Source of the DNA: an uncultured Nitrospiraceae bacterium
GTDB taxonomy: Bacteria > Nitrospirota > Nitrospiria > Nitrospirales > Nitrospiraceae
DNA length: 64,000 bases
NCBI GenBank assembly: GCA_963706325.1
Contig: CAVPLT010000005.1
Span: 32,001 to 96,000 of the forward strand
Direction: 5' to 3'
The position numbers and the translations under genes were made by a program. Positions 1-9,157 of this stretch are shown in pieces. Below the pieces are notes generated by a model that saw nothing but the letters and a program-made list of their open reading frames with translations, had not been told where the DNA came from and ran no database searches. The number at the start of each line of letters is the position of its first letter. The first letter of the stretch is position 1.

Positions 1-442
1 TCTTGGGCGGAAAATGAATATGGCCAGGCCAAACCTGTCGGAGTCGTTCAATCACGGAAGCAAGCGACTCCGGTGGGAGCCTCACAGGCTCGTGCGTGAT
101 CCGCCACACCGGCTCGAGGGGCGCGGGGTCTTGTGGCAGGCGTGGAATGACGTGCCAATGGATATGGGGGAGTTGATTGCCGAGCAATTCGTAATTGATT
201 TTGACCGCCTGCCATTCTCGAGCGAGGAGGCCGGCCACAGCGGAGACTTCTTCGATCAAGCTGGTGCGGTCGGCCCGCGAGAGGTGGAAGAGTTCAGTCG
301 CGTGGCGTTTCAGCACCAATACCGTCCAGCCGGGGAAGAATTGATCATCGTGAAGATAGGCTTGCGTGAGACCACAATCAGCGATGAAATGATCCGGATC
401 GGGCCAGGCGCCCAGACAGGCCTTGCAGTCAGGGCCGGTCAC
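1..442 (-). CDS. HIT family hydrolase (3' end runs off the window; not in the ORF track)
   Basis: Manual translation from GTG at 442, overlapping the upstream stop as GTGA: MTGPDCKAC...PGWTVLVLKRH...KINYELLGNQLPHIHWHVIPR, containing the HxHxH triad. Confidence 0.85.
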   Translation of the reverse strand, partial: MTGPDCKACLGAWPDPDHFIADCGLTQAYLHDDQFFPGWTVLVLKRHATELFHLSRADRTSLIEEVSAVAGLLAREWQAVKINYELLGNQLPHIHWHVIPRLPQDPAPLEPVWRITHEPVRLPPESLASVIERLRQVWPGHIHFPPK

Positions 443-1065
443 GGTTGGCTCAGGGTCCGTCCCTCTTCAGGGGTAATCAGGCCCTTCTTGATCAACAGCT
501 GAATGAGCTTATCCGTGGTCGCTCTATTCGGCGCGGCGGCGGCGGTAGCGGCCGCTGTTGGGGACTTCTGCTTGGGTGGCTCACGTTTCACACCCATTAC
601 GCGAAAGGCCGGCGTGAAGACGGCGACATAGTCTCGATTCCTGATGCGAACGGTCACAGGGAGGCTCTCGCTGTTTGGGATCAGGTCGGTACTAGATCCT
701 TGAGGGACGCGGAAAAATGGTTTCCCGTCATCCGTTGTGCCGTCCTGGCCGATGATTTCCATCCGGGTCAAGAGGGACTCGCCCGTCAAGTTTTCGTGAT
801 CCTGTCCGGCGGTATTGGTGATGTGATCCAGGACGAGGATCAAGGAATCGGCCACAAAGAGATCTGCGGAATGGTTGCGGACCGTCACATCGTACCGGTA
901 TTCGCTCGAAAAATTATCCCGGCTCCGCAGGGTGACGAATGCGGCCGCCTTGCCGCTCAAATCAGCCAGTTGATCCGCGGCGAGCGCGTGAATGGGCGCG
1001 TAGATTTCTGCCAGCAGCATGCAGGCGCTTGCCACCAGCATCTGCACGGATCTCGTCATGCCCAT
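439..1065 (-). CDS. Hypothetical exported protein
   Basis: 208-aa ORF, GGAGG RBS, signal-peptide-like N-terminus, Ala/Pro linker and short C-terminal LIQLLIKKGLIT helix. Confidence 0.7.
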   Translation of the reverse strand: MGMTRSVQMLVASACMLLAEIYAPIHALAADQLADLSGKAAAFVTLRSRDNFSSEYRYDVTVRNHSADLFVADSLILVLDHITNTAGQDHENLTGESLLTRMEIIGQDGTTDDGKPFFRVPQGSSTDLIPNSESLPVTVRIRNRDYVAVFTPAFRVMGVKREPPKQKSPTAAATAAAAPNRATTDKLIQLLIKKGLITPEEGRTLSQP

Positions 1066-1158
1066 GGTTCCCTCCTTCTTAATCGGCCCTGCTCCGCCTC
1101 AGGATAACAAAGCCCCACGGTCAGTGCGAGGAAATCTCTCCCCATCCACGCACATTGC

Positions 1159-1188
1159 TTGACACATTCTTTTCACGGACGATATTCT
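1159..1188 (+). promoter_or_regulatory. Candidate sigma70 promoter
   Basis: TTGACA-18 bp-TATTCT upstream of the HD gene. Confidence 0.4.
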
Positions 1189-1224
1189 GCGCCCCAAATC
1201 ATCGGAGCCGGCTCATCACACCGC

Positions 1225-2097
1225 ATGTCTCACACACGCATGACGTCTGCTCAGCTTCTTGTACCTCGCGCATTGGTCACCAAGCTGTTGCAGCTCTACG
1301 ACTATCCGGACCCGCGTCGTCCAGGGCGACGTATCAAGGGATATGACTGCCCCCATGCCTTGCGGACCGCCCGGATGTGCGCCGCGGTGGCGCAACGGCT
1401 GGGGCACGAGCCGACGAGGGTGAAGCAGTATCAAATTGCCTGTATCCTGCACGATCTGGGCCGTGCCGGGCTCGATCGGAAACTCTTCGGCCGCATTTGG
1501 TCCTGGGCCCGCGCACAGGGCATTCCGACCAGGCCACGTGAATGGCGAGCCATTCACCCGCAGACTAAGTATGGACGGGAGACCGAGGCCTTTGTGGCAC
1601 TTCACAAGTCCTCGCTGGAGGCCTCAGGAATCGTCCTGGACCGCTGGGCGTGTGAGCAGGTAGAAATGCGTCTGGGCTATGCCCGTCGCCTGGCCAGGCG
1701 TCTTCGTCTTGCGCAACCGATGTTGCGCGATCTGGCCGTCACGTGGTCGCCTTGGATGGGTCGGATCATGCTGTATTACTATTATCCTGAAAAGCTGAAG
1801 GACGCGCAGCCCTGGGTGCGGCAACTGGCCGAGATCCTGGTGGCCTGTGAACAATTTGAGGCCTATAGCAATCAGCGGCGCGGGCGTGATTATTATGCGC
1901 GGCCACGAGAAGACCTGTCGGAAGCCTTTGCCTATCTCGATACATTGCAGAAGGAAGGAATCCTCAGTCGCTTGGTCGTCAGGAGCCTGCGGATGCTGGC
2001 GGCCGAGGGTGCCTTCGATACCGTATTGGAACAGGCGAAGGGACGGGCGTTGTCCAGACGGGAACGCACGCTGTTGCGTCAGGCCGTTCAGGAGTAA
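1225..2097 (+). CDS. HD-domain metal-dependent phosphohydrolase-like protein
   Basis: HALRTA...ACILHDLGR motif; start codon uncertain (1225 or 1240). Confidence 0.7.
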   Translation: MSHTRMTSAQLLVPRALVTKLLQLYDYPDPRRPGRRIKGYDCPHALRTARMCAAVAQRLGHEPTRVKQYQIACILHDLGRAGLDRKLFGRIWSWARAQGIPTRPREWRAIHPQTKYGRETEAFVALHKSSLEASGIVLDRWACEQVEMRLGYARRLARRLRLAQPMLRDLAVTWSPWMGRIMLYYYYPEKLKDAQPWVRQLAEILVACEQFEAYSNQRRGRDYYARPREDLSEAFAYLDTLQKEGILSRLVVRSLRMLAAEGAFDTVLEQAKGRALSRRERTLLRQAVQE

Positions 2098-2100
2098 TGC

Positions 2101-2523
2101 ATGGCTGTCAAAAGTATTTCGATGCGGGTGCACATGCAGGGCGATTGCCAGGTGGAGAATATTACTCCGCAGGTGCAGGAGGCGGTCAGGCAGACGCAGC
2201 TGCGGGCCGGCATTCTCACCCTGTTCATCAAACACACGACGGCATCCGTGCTGATCATCGAGGATGAGCCCGGTATCCGCGCCGATACCAAAGCCCTGTG
2301 GGGGCGAATGGTCCCCGCCGATCCCGCTTGGCGGCACAATACCCTTAACCAGGGTGAAGACAACGGCCATAGCCACTTGCGTGGCCAGCTTCAGGGGCAG
2401 TCTCTCACGATTCCGTTCAACGATGGTGTGATGACGCTGGGAACCTGGCAGCAGATCGTCGTGCTGGATTTCGACACTCGCGCGCGCACCCGGGAATTGG
2501 TCATTCAGGTGATGGGTGAATAG
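2101..2523 (+). CDS. yjbQ: YjbQ/UPF0047 family (secondary thiamine-phosphate synthase)
   Basis: HTTAS, NGHSHLR and LGTWQQI...DFD motifs. Confidence 0.9.
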   Translation: MAVKSISMRVHMQGDCQVENITPQVQEAVRQTQLRAGILTLFIKHTTASVLIIEDEPGIRADTKALWGRMVPADPAWRHNTLNQGEDNGHSHLRGQLQGQSLTIPFNDGVMTLGTWQQIVVLDFDTRARTRELVIQVMGE

Positions 2524-3651
2524 GTGTGGTTGAACAGTGCAATGATCTGCAGGGGCAGTGGACGATGCGTCCGCATCGGCTTGATCACGGCGTGGTTTTT
2601 GAGTGGGCCCTATTCGGCGTTGCTTCCTGCTTTAGCCGAGACGAAGGACATTCTCGCTGCGCAATCGCCCGGGCCCACTGAACTCAGCTCAGATGAACAA
2701 TCCACCATTGCAGTTTTCGAGCGGGCGACGAGATCCGTGGTGTTTATCGCAAACACAGCGATGCAACGAGACCCCTGGTCATTCAATCTATTCGAGGTGC
2801 CGCAGGGATCGGGGACCGGATTTGTGTGGAGTCGGCAGGGCCATATCGTCACCAACTTCCATGTTATCTATGGCGCCGATGCCATCACCGTGACCTTGGC
2901 CGATCAAGTCGAATACAAGGCGAAAGTGGTGGGGGTCGACCCGGACCACGATATCGCGGTGCTCCAGATTCAAGCCCCGGAATCGGCCCTTCAACCGGTT
3001 ACGATCGGGAATTCTCAATCGCTACGCGTCGGACAGAAGGTGTTGGCTATCGGTAACCCATTCGGCCTTGACCATACGCTCACCACCGGTGTCGTGAGTG
3101 CGCTCGGTCGGACCATTAAATCAATGAGCAATCGGACCATCGAAGGTGTCATCCAGACTGATGCCGCCATCAACCCCGGCAACTCAGGCGGTCCGCTTTT
3201 GGACAGTGCGGGTCGCTTGATCGGGATGAACACGCAAATCGTGAGCCCAAGCGGCGCGTTTGCCGGAATCGGTTTTGCCGTACCCGCCGATACGGTTAGC
3301 CGGACGGTGCCGGAGTTGATCAAGCATGGCAAGCTGATCAGGCCGGGCTTGGGCATCTCGCTGGTGCCGGATGCCATGGCGCGGCGCTGGGGCGTGCATG
3401 GAGTCATCATCGGGAAGGTCGGACGAGGGAGTTCAGCTGAAAGGGCCGGTCTGCGCGGATCACGAGAAACCTCCGGAGGACGTGTTGAGCTCGGTGACAT
3501 TCTCGTTGCCGTGGACGGAAAGCCAGTGGAAACTATCGACGACCTCATGGCTCTGATGGAGCAGCATAAAGTCGGGGATCAAGTCATCATGGAGTATATG
3601 CGTGGAAATCGGAAGCTGCAGGTGACGGTCGCGTTGCAGGCGGTCAACTGA
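2524..3651 (+). CDS. HtrA/DegP-family serine protease (trypsin domain plus one PDZ)
   Basis: GSGTGF, TNFHV, IQTDAAINPGNSGGPL, C-terminal PDZ, N-terminal signal region. Confidence 0.92.
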   Translation: MWLNSAMICRGSGRCVRIGLITAWFLSGPYSALLPALAETKDILAAQSPGPTELSSDEQSTIAVFERATRSVVFIANTAMQRDPWSFNLFEVPQGSGTGFVWSRQGHIVTNFHVIYGADAITVTLADQVEYKAKVVGVDPDHDIAVLQIQAPESALQPVTIGNSQSLRVGQKVLAIGNPFGLDHTLTTGVVSALGRTIKSMSNRTIEGVIQTDAAINPGNSGGPLLDSAGRLIGMNTQIVSPSGAFAGIGFAVPADTVSRTVPELIKHGKLIRPGLGISLVPDAMARRWGVHGVIIGKVGRGSSAERAGLRGSRETSGGRVELGDILVAVDGKPVETIDDLMALMEQHKVGDQVIMEYMRGNRKLQVTVALQAVN

Positions 3652-3744
3652 TTTGGACGATGGAGTCAGGCGATCTCCGGTAGCGACAGCGGAGTTGTCC
3701 TCTGTGTTAGGATGACCAGAGTTAGACCAGCCGGAGGACTACAC

Positions 3745-5493
3745 ATGAGCGACCATAGAAAATCCGATCAGGCCGAGCCGGGTGCGTCGCAGCCGAGGCG
3801 CGATGTCTCGGCGTCCGCGGATCCGTTGGAGCTGATCGACGAATGTCTGGCAGCGTTCCCAGACAGCGATCCTCGCCAAAAGCTCCTGTACAAGTTACGA
3901 CATGTGATGACGGCTCAGTCGGTCGTACAGGATCGTCGCGAAACCGAATTTAAGAAACTCAACGAAGTGGTGACGAAGTTGACTGCGCCCGCCAATCGGG
4001 TGGGTCTGCTCGTAGAGGTTCCGGGGGAGGGGCTGGCGCGCATCGTGGTGGGAGGGGCGGAGTATTACGCCAATATCGATCCACGTCTCCCAGCGGAGGA
4101 CCTCAAAATCGGCACGCAGATCCTGGTCAACGAGGCCTATACGGTGATCAAGACCCTCGGCTACGACCGCAACGGACCGGTATTGAAAGTGGCTGAAGTG
4201 TTGCCGGACGGGCGCATCCGTTTCGAGCAGGATATGGGGCGGCAGGCCTTGATTCTGCAGCGATCCAGTGATTTGGTCGGGGCAGATCTGAAGGCCGGCG
4301 ACGAAGTGCGCATTGAGCCGACCCACCGAATCGCCATCGAAAAATTCGAAAACCGTCAGGCGAGGACGCATCTCCTGGATGAAGTGCCGAGCGTAACCTG
4401 GGATCAGATCGGTGGCCAGCAGCAAGCGATTGAGGCGATTCGCAAAGCGATCGAATATCCCCTGCTCCATGCTGAGACCTTTACGAAATATCAGTTTACG
4501 CAGCCGAAGGGATTCTTGCTCTATGGCCCGCCTGGCTGTGGCAAAACCTTGATCGGACAGGCCGCCGCCGCGAGCTTGGCTCAGTTGGTGCGTGAGTCAC
4601 AGGGACAGGATGCTTCAGAAGGCAAAACAAAGAATCCCCCGGTGACGAGCGGAGCCTTCCTCCACATTAAGGGGCCGGAGATTCTCAACATGTGGCTTGG
4701 CGAATCCGAGCGGATCGTCCGGGACCTGTTCGCGAAGGCGCGCGCCAGACGGAAGGAAGGGGCTCTGCCGTTTATTTTCATCGATGAAGCCGAGTCCGTG
4801 TTGGGCACCAGGCGGTCGATGCGTTCGTTCAACATCAATAACACACTGGTGCCGATGTTCTGCGCCGAAATGGACGGCATTGAATCGCTGCAGGACGTGG
4901 TGATTATTCTGGCTTCCAACCGGCCTGACCTGATTGATCCGGCGGTGCTGAGGCCAGGTCGTATCGATCGGAAGATCAAAGTCGCGCGTCCGAATCGGGA
5001 GGCGGCGCTCGAGATTCTCGGCGTCTATCTGACGGCCGCTCTGCCGCTTGATCCTGAGCTGTTGGGCCAAAACGGCCAGGACCACGAAGCGGCCCGACGC
5101 GCGGTGATCGAGCAGGTGGTGGACAGTCTGTTCTCACGGACGGATCAGAACCGGGTCTTGTCGATCCGCCTGCGGAATGGACACAACAAGGTGCTGTATC
5201 GCGGGGACTTGGTCAGCGGGGCCATCCTTTCTTCGATCGTGCAGCGGGCGAAGGAGAAGGCGATTGAACGGGTCGTCGCAAAGACCGGGGCATCTGCTGG
5301 TGACGGGCTTCGTGCGCAGGACCTGCTCGATGCGGTGCATGAAGAGTACCGGGAAGGCGAGATGTTGCCGCCTGATGATGCGGCAGAAGAATGGCTCAAG
5401 CTCCTGGATCATCATCCTGAACAGGTCGTCGGCGTGTCGTCGTTCCGTCGTGGACGGCAAACCGAAGAGCGACTGGTGAATCAGATCATTTAA
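3745..5493 (+). CDS. arc: Proteasome-associated AAA ATPase (ARC/Mpa family)
   Basis: Coiled coil and OB region, GPPGCGKT, FIDEAE, SNRPDLIDPAVLRPGRID; GGAGG RBS before ATG 3745. Confidence 0.92.
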   Translation: MSDHRKSDQAEPGASQPRRDVSASADPLELIDECLAAFPDSDPRQKLLYKLRHVMTAQSVVQDRRETEFKKLNEVVTKLTAPANRVGLLVEVPGEGLARIVVGGAEYYANIDPRLPAEDLKIGTQILVNEAYTVIKTLGYDRNGPVLKVAEVLPDGRIRFEQDMGRQALILQRSSDLVGADLKAGDEVRIEPTHRIAIEKFENRQARTHLLDEVPSVTWDQIGGQQQAIEAIRKAIEYPLLHAETFTKYQFTQPKGFLLYGPPGCGKTLIGQAAAASLAQLVRESQGQDASEGKTKNPPVTSGAFLHIKGPEILNMWLGESERIVRDLFAKARARRKEGALPFIFIDEAESVLGTRRSMRSFNINNTLVPMFCAEMDGIESLQDVVIILASNRPDLIDPAVLRPGRIDRKIKVARPNREAALEILGVYLTAALPLDPELLGQNGQDHEAARRAVIEQVVDSLFSRTDQNRVLSIRLRNGHNKVLYRGDLVSGAILSSIVQRAKEKAIERVVAKTGASAGDGLRAQDLLDAVHEEYREGEMLPPDDAAEEWLKLLDHHPEQVVGVSSFRRGRQTEERLVNQII

Positions 5494-5552
5494 ACACGAG
5501 GGCGAGTGAGTCAGGCGCTTGATTGATTCACTCGCCCGTGGATGAAGTAGGC

Positions 5553-7073
5553 ATGCATCTCTTCGGCATAGAAACGGAATACGGGATCACCAGAGAGGAT
5601 CTCGATGCGGTCGATCCCGTCGAGGAGTCGATGGAGCTGGTGCGCGCCCATCTGACCGGCGATTTCGAACCTCGGTGGGACTATAGGGGTGAAGATCCGC
5701 ATGAGGATGCGCGCGGATTCCGCGTGTCCGGCCTGCAGCAAGACAAAGAAGAGGACGATTTCGCCAAGATCGATGCGCATCGACCGTTTTCGTTTCACGA
5801 GATGAAGAGCGATCTGGTCCTGCCGAACGGCGCGCGATTCTACAACGACCATACCCATCCCGAATATTCCACTCCCGAATGTCGCACGCTCAAAGACCTG
5901 TTGGCGCATGACCGGGCCGGGGAGCGCATCGTCCAGCGCGCAGCCGATCGCCGAAACCAGCGTCTCGGCGGGGCTCATGTGCAACTCTACAAGAACAATA
6001 CCGACTTTCACGGCCACAGTTATGGCTGTCATGACAATTACCTCGTGTCACGCTCATTGCCATTTCCGCAGCTGGTCAGCGGCCTCTTGCCGTTTTTGGT
6101 CAGCCGCCAGTTGCTGGCAGGAACCGGGAAGGTCGGAATGGAAGCGCAGGAGTCCGGTTTTGTGCCCGGGGCCTATCAACTCTCGCAACGTGCGGACTTC
6201 ATGGAAGCGGAATTGGGCGTCGATACGATGCACAATCGCCCGATCCTGAACACGCGCGATGAACCACATGCCGATCGGACCAAGTACCGGCGTCTGCATC
6301 TGATCCTGGGCGATGCCAACATGTGCGAGTATGCGACCGCCCTCAAGGTGGGAACGACCAGGCTCGTGTTGGACCTTCTCCAGCGCGAGGTCATGCCGAA
6401 TCTGGAGTTGGATCAACCGGTGGCCGCGATCAAACAACTCTCGCGGGATCCTGATCTCAAGACGACCGTGCGGTTGAAGGATGGCCGAACCATCTCCGGG
6501 CTGGGCATTCAAGAGGCGTACTGGAATGCTGCGAGCCGCTCTTGTAGCGGTGCCGATCCGGACGCTGATTGGGTCTTGCGAGAATGGGAGGAGACCCTTC
6601 GCCTGCTGAGCCAGGACCGTGCTCAGTTGGTCGGGAAGCTCGATTGGGTAACGAAACAGTGGTTGCTCGAAACCTTTGTGCGCGAAGAACGCCTTGCGTG
6701 GGATGATCCGTGGCTCACCAGCCTTGATTTGGAATATCATAATATGAGCCCCGACCGCGGATTGTTTCTTGGGCTGGAAGCCGAAGGGAAAACCTGGCGC
6801 ATGACAACCGAGAGTGATATCACCCAGGCCCTCTCTGCCGGTCCCTCGGATACCCGCGGGGGGCTGCGAGGATTATGCGTCAGACGATTCCCGGAGCAGA
6901 TCACCACTATGCAGTGGGAACGTATTCAATTCTCCGGAGGGCTGCGCGCGCGAACGCTGGAGATGGGGGATCTTTTCGATCCCGATGACGTGCAGGCCTG
7001 TGCCGCCTTGTTCGAAACAGCCGCCGCTCCTGCCGATGCCCTGGCCGCGTGGTCGAGACGAAAGGAAATCTAA
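5553..7073 (+). CDS. dop: Dop-like deamidase/deconjugase (PafA2 family)
   Basis: FGIETEYG, NGARFYNDHTHPEYSTPEC, YKNNTD, SYGCHDNY, NTRDEPHAD. Confidence 0.88.
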   Translation: MHLFGIETEYGITREDLDAVDPVEESMELVRAHLTGDFEPRWDYRGEDPHEDARGFRVSGLQQDKEEDDFAKIDAHRPFSFHEMKSDLVLPNGARFYNDHTHPEYSTPECRTLKDLLAHDRAGERIVQRAADRRNQRLGGAHVQLYKNNTDFHGHSYGCHDNYLVSRSLPFPQLVSGLLPFLVSRQLLAGTGKVGMEAQESGFVPGAYQLSQRADFMEAELGVDTMHNRPILNTRDEPHADRTKYRRLHLILGDANMCEYATALKVGTTRLVLDLLQREVMPNLELDQPVAAIKQLSRDPDLKTTVRLKDGRTISGLGIQEAYWNAASRSCSGADPDADWVLREWEETLRLLSQDRAQLVGKLDWVTKQWLLETFVREERLAWDDPWLTSLDLEYHNMSPDRGLFLGLEAEGKTWRMTTESDITQALSAGPSDTRGGLRGLCVRRFPEQITTMQWERIQFSGGLRARTLEMGDLFDPDDVQACAALFETAAAPADALAAWSRRKEI

Positions 7074-7084
7074 GGATGCGATAT

Positions 7085-7267
7085 ATGATGATGCCGGAAC
7101 GTCGTGAAGCCCCGGGCGATCCCATGCCGAAACCGAGCCCATCTGAGGAAGGCGGCGGACCACGTCGGCCCGAAACGGGTTCGCCGGATAAGGATAATCT
7201 TCTGAAGCGAATGCGGAAGGTCGATCCCAAGCAGGCGGAGCGTTACCGGCAGCGAACGGGTGAGTGA
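7085..7267 (+). CDS. ubact: Prokaryotic ubiquitin-like modifier UBact
   Basis: About 60 aa, Pro/Gly/charged disordered sequence ending YRQRTGE, located between dop and prcB; alternative start 7076. Confidence 0.88.
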   Translation: MMMPERREAPGDPMPKPSPSEEGGGPRRPETGSPDKDNLLKRMRKVDPKQAERYRQRTGE

Positions 7268-7325
7268 GACTGGCCAGCGGGACGACGTCCGTGTGTGCGC
7301 GGGCTGCGGCCTCAGAGGAAGGGAT

Positions 7326-7421
7326 AGGGAGCAGACGGACTGCCCTTCTTGCTCGCAGAACGCGCACAATAACACCGTGCTCATCCGATGCGCGCAGTGA
7401 AGGACAGTCCGCCTGCTCCCT
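7326..7421. repeat. 96-bp palindromic intergenic element (REP/MITE-like)
   Basis: 23-bp inverted repeat AGGGAGCAGACGGACTGCCCTTC / GAAGGACAGTCCGCCTGCTCCCT, 21 of 23 complementary. Confidence 0.75.
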
Positions 7422-7483
7422 GGGGAAGAGTGTGCCTTGGAAATGAACAATGGCCAAGCGAATCGGAAAGGTGGAGTATAGCA

Positions 7484-8257
7484 ATGGGGATGCAAGGGGA
7501 CTTTTTCCAGCTTTTGAAAGAGCAAGGTTATCAGTTCGGCAATGCTGTCGCTGGCGCGGTTGGGATGGACATCCCCAATGCCACGACGATCCTGGCGCTC
7601 AAATATCGGGATGGCGTCCTTGTTGCCGGTGATCGTCGCGCTACGGCAGGTAATATGGTTATGTACGATCGGACCGATAAGGTTCTAGAGATCGATCGGC
7701 ACAGTGTCATGGCGATTGCGGGCGTGCCGGCCACCGCCTATGAAATGGTGCGTGTGCTCGAGCATTCGTTCAAATACTATCGACGCACGCAATTGCAGGA
7801 ATTGAGTTTTGAAGGAAAGCTTCGTGCCGTGTCCAAGCTGCTGAAGGAAAATGTGCCGGCGGCGCTGGCCGGGACTGGTGCAGTGGTGCCCGTGTTTGCA
7901 GGGTACGACCATGAGCAGGATGCGGCAAAGATTTACTTCTACGATATTTTGGGGGCTGAATTCGAAGCGGTGGAATATGCCGTATCCGGCTCCGGTTCCC
8001 CGACGATTCGAGGCATTCTCCACTATGTGAATACCTGGGGGCCGCAACCCTTGGCGATGCTTCCGGAGGAGGAGGCCACCATCCAAGCGCTTCGGCTGCT
8101 CACGAGTGCGGCGGAATTCGATTCGGCTACCGGCGGCGTGAATCGCGAACTGAATCTGTATCCGGTCGTCAAGCTCATCACGGCGGCGGGTGTTCAGACT
8201 ATTGCAGGTGAAAATTTGAAACGAATGTATGAGGCGGAAGTGCTTCGGGGCGCGTAG
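7484..8257 (+). CDS. prcB: 20S proteasome beta subunit
   Basis: Propeptide, then TTILALKY...AGDRRATAG and SGSGS. Confidence 0.92.
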   Translation: MGMQGDFFQLLKEQGYQFGNAVAGAVGMDIPNATTILALKYRDGVLVAGDRRATAGNMVMYDRTDKVLEIDRHSVMAIAGVPATAYEMVRVLEHSFKYYRRTQLQELSFEGKLRAVSKLLKENVPAALAGTGAVVPVFAGYDHEQDAAKIYFYDILGAEFEAVEYAVSGSGSPTIRGILHYVNTWGPQPLAMLPEEEATIQALRLLTSAAEFDSATGGVNRELNLYPVVKLITAAGVQTIAGENLKRMYEAEVLRGA

Positions 8258-8319
8258 CCAACCGTCTCCAAGGGATTTCAAGGCAGGATTACCTAGTCAT
8301 ATGCAGAGGGTGACACGTT

Positions 8320-9156
8320 ATGTATGAGGAACCATATCGGTGGGTCGAAGCGGTCGGCAATCGACGGCAATACCTGGACGAGCAATTTACGAAGGGTGCG
8401 CCGGTCGTCGCGTTGGCCTATGCCGATGGCATTGTGATGCTCACCGTCAGTCGCGGCACGCCAAAGCTCTACGAGATCTACGACCGCATCGCTCTCGGCG
8501 GTATGGGGCATCCGGCCGATCTGGAAAAGTTGCGGTTCTCCCTGCTCGAAATGGCGCATGTGGAGGGATTTAATCGTTCGCCATCCGATGTCACTGGTGC
8601 GCGATTGATGAAGTACGGATTGGCTCCCACCATCAAGCAGGCCTTCGAAGAGATTTATAAAGCGCCCTTTATTGCCAAGATCCTGCTGGCCGAATTGGGT
8701 GCCAAGGCCGAGCGCGATCTGTTTTTGACCATCAACTATGATGGAAACTTTGAGGAAACCCGGCGCTGGGCCGCGCTGGGAGCGACACCTGCCGTTCAAT
8801 CAAGGATGGGTCGCTACCTGGAATCTCAACCGGGACTTGCGCAGGCTACGTTATCACAGGCTGTCGATGCTGCTCTTTCTGCTTGGGCGGTGGGCTCGTT
8901 AGCCCAAATTTCAGGGGAGGCCACCGACGGGGAGTCAACCGCTGTGCCTGCTTCGGCGGAACAGTCCGACGAGGTGGCTGTGATACCGGATAGAGCCGTG
9001 CTGTTGGGACATGTGCGACAGACCGTCGGAGAGAAGTCTTTGGAATGTATTCTGTTGGAGCGCAATGGGCCAGGGTCATCGAAATATCGCGCCCTCCGTT
9101 CCGACGAACTCGGCGCTCTCCTTCCTTCGGCGATGAAGACTTCCAGCGCGACCTAA
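8320..9156 (+). CDS. prcA: 20S proteasome alpha subunit
   Basis: KLYEIYDRIALGGMG motif; follows prcB. Confidence 0.88.
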   Translation: MYEEPYRWVEAVGNRRQYLDEQFTKGAPVVALAYADGIVMLTVSRGTPKLYEIYDRIALGGMGHPADLEKLRFSLLEMAHVEGFNRSPSDVTGARLMKYGLAPTIKQAFEEIYKAPFIAKILLAELGAKAERDLFLTINYDGNFEETRRWAALGATPAVQSRMGRYLESQPGLAQATLSQAVDAALSAWAVGSLAQISGEATDGESTAVPASAEQSDEVAVIPDRAVLLGHVRQTVGEKSLECILLERNGPGSSKYRALRSDELGALLPSAMKTSSAT

Positions 9157-9157
9157 T

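Noticed and set aside
14..502. 162-aa plus-strand ORF
   Set aside because: Antisense shadow of the HIT gene on the minus strand
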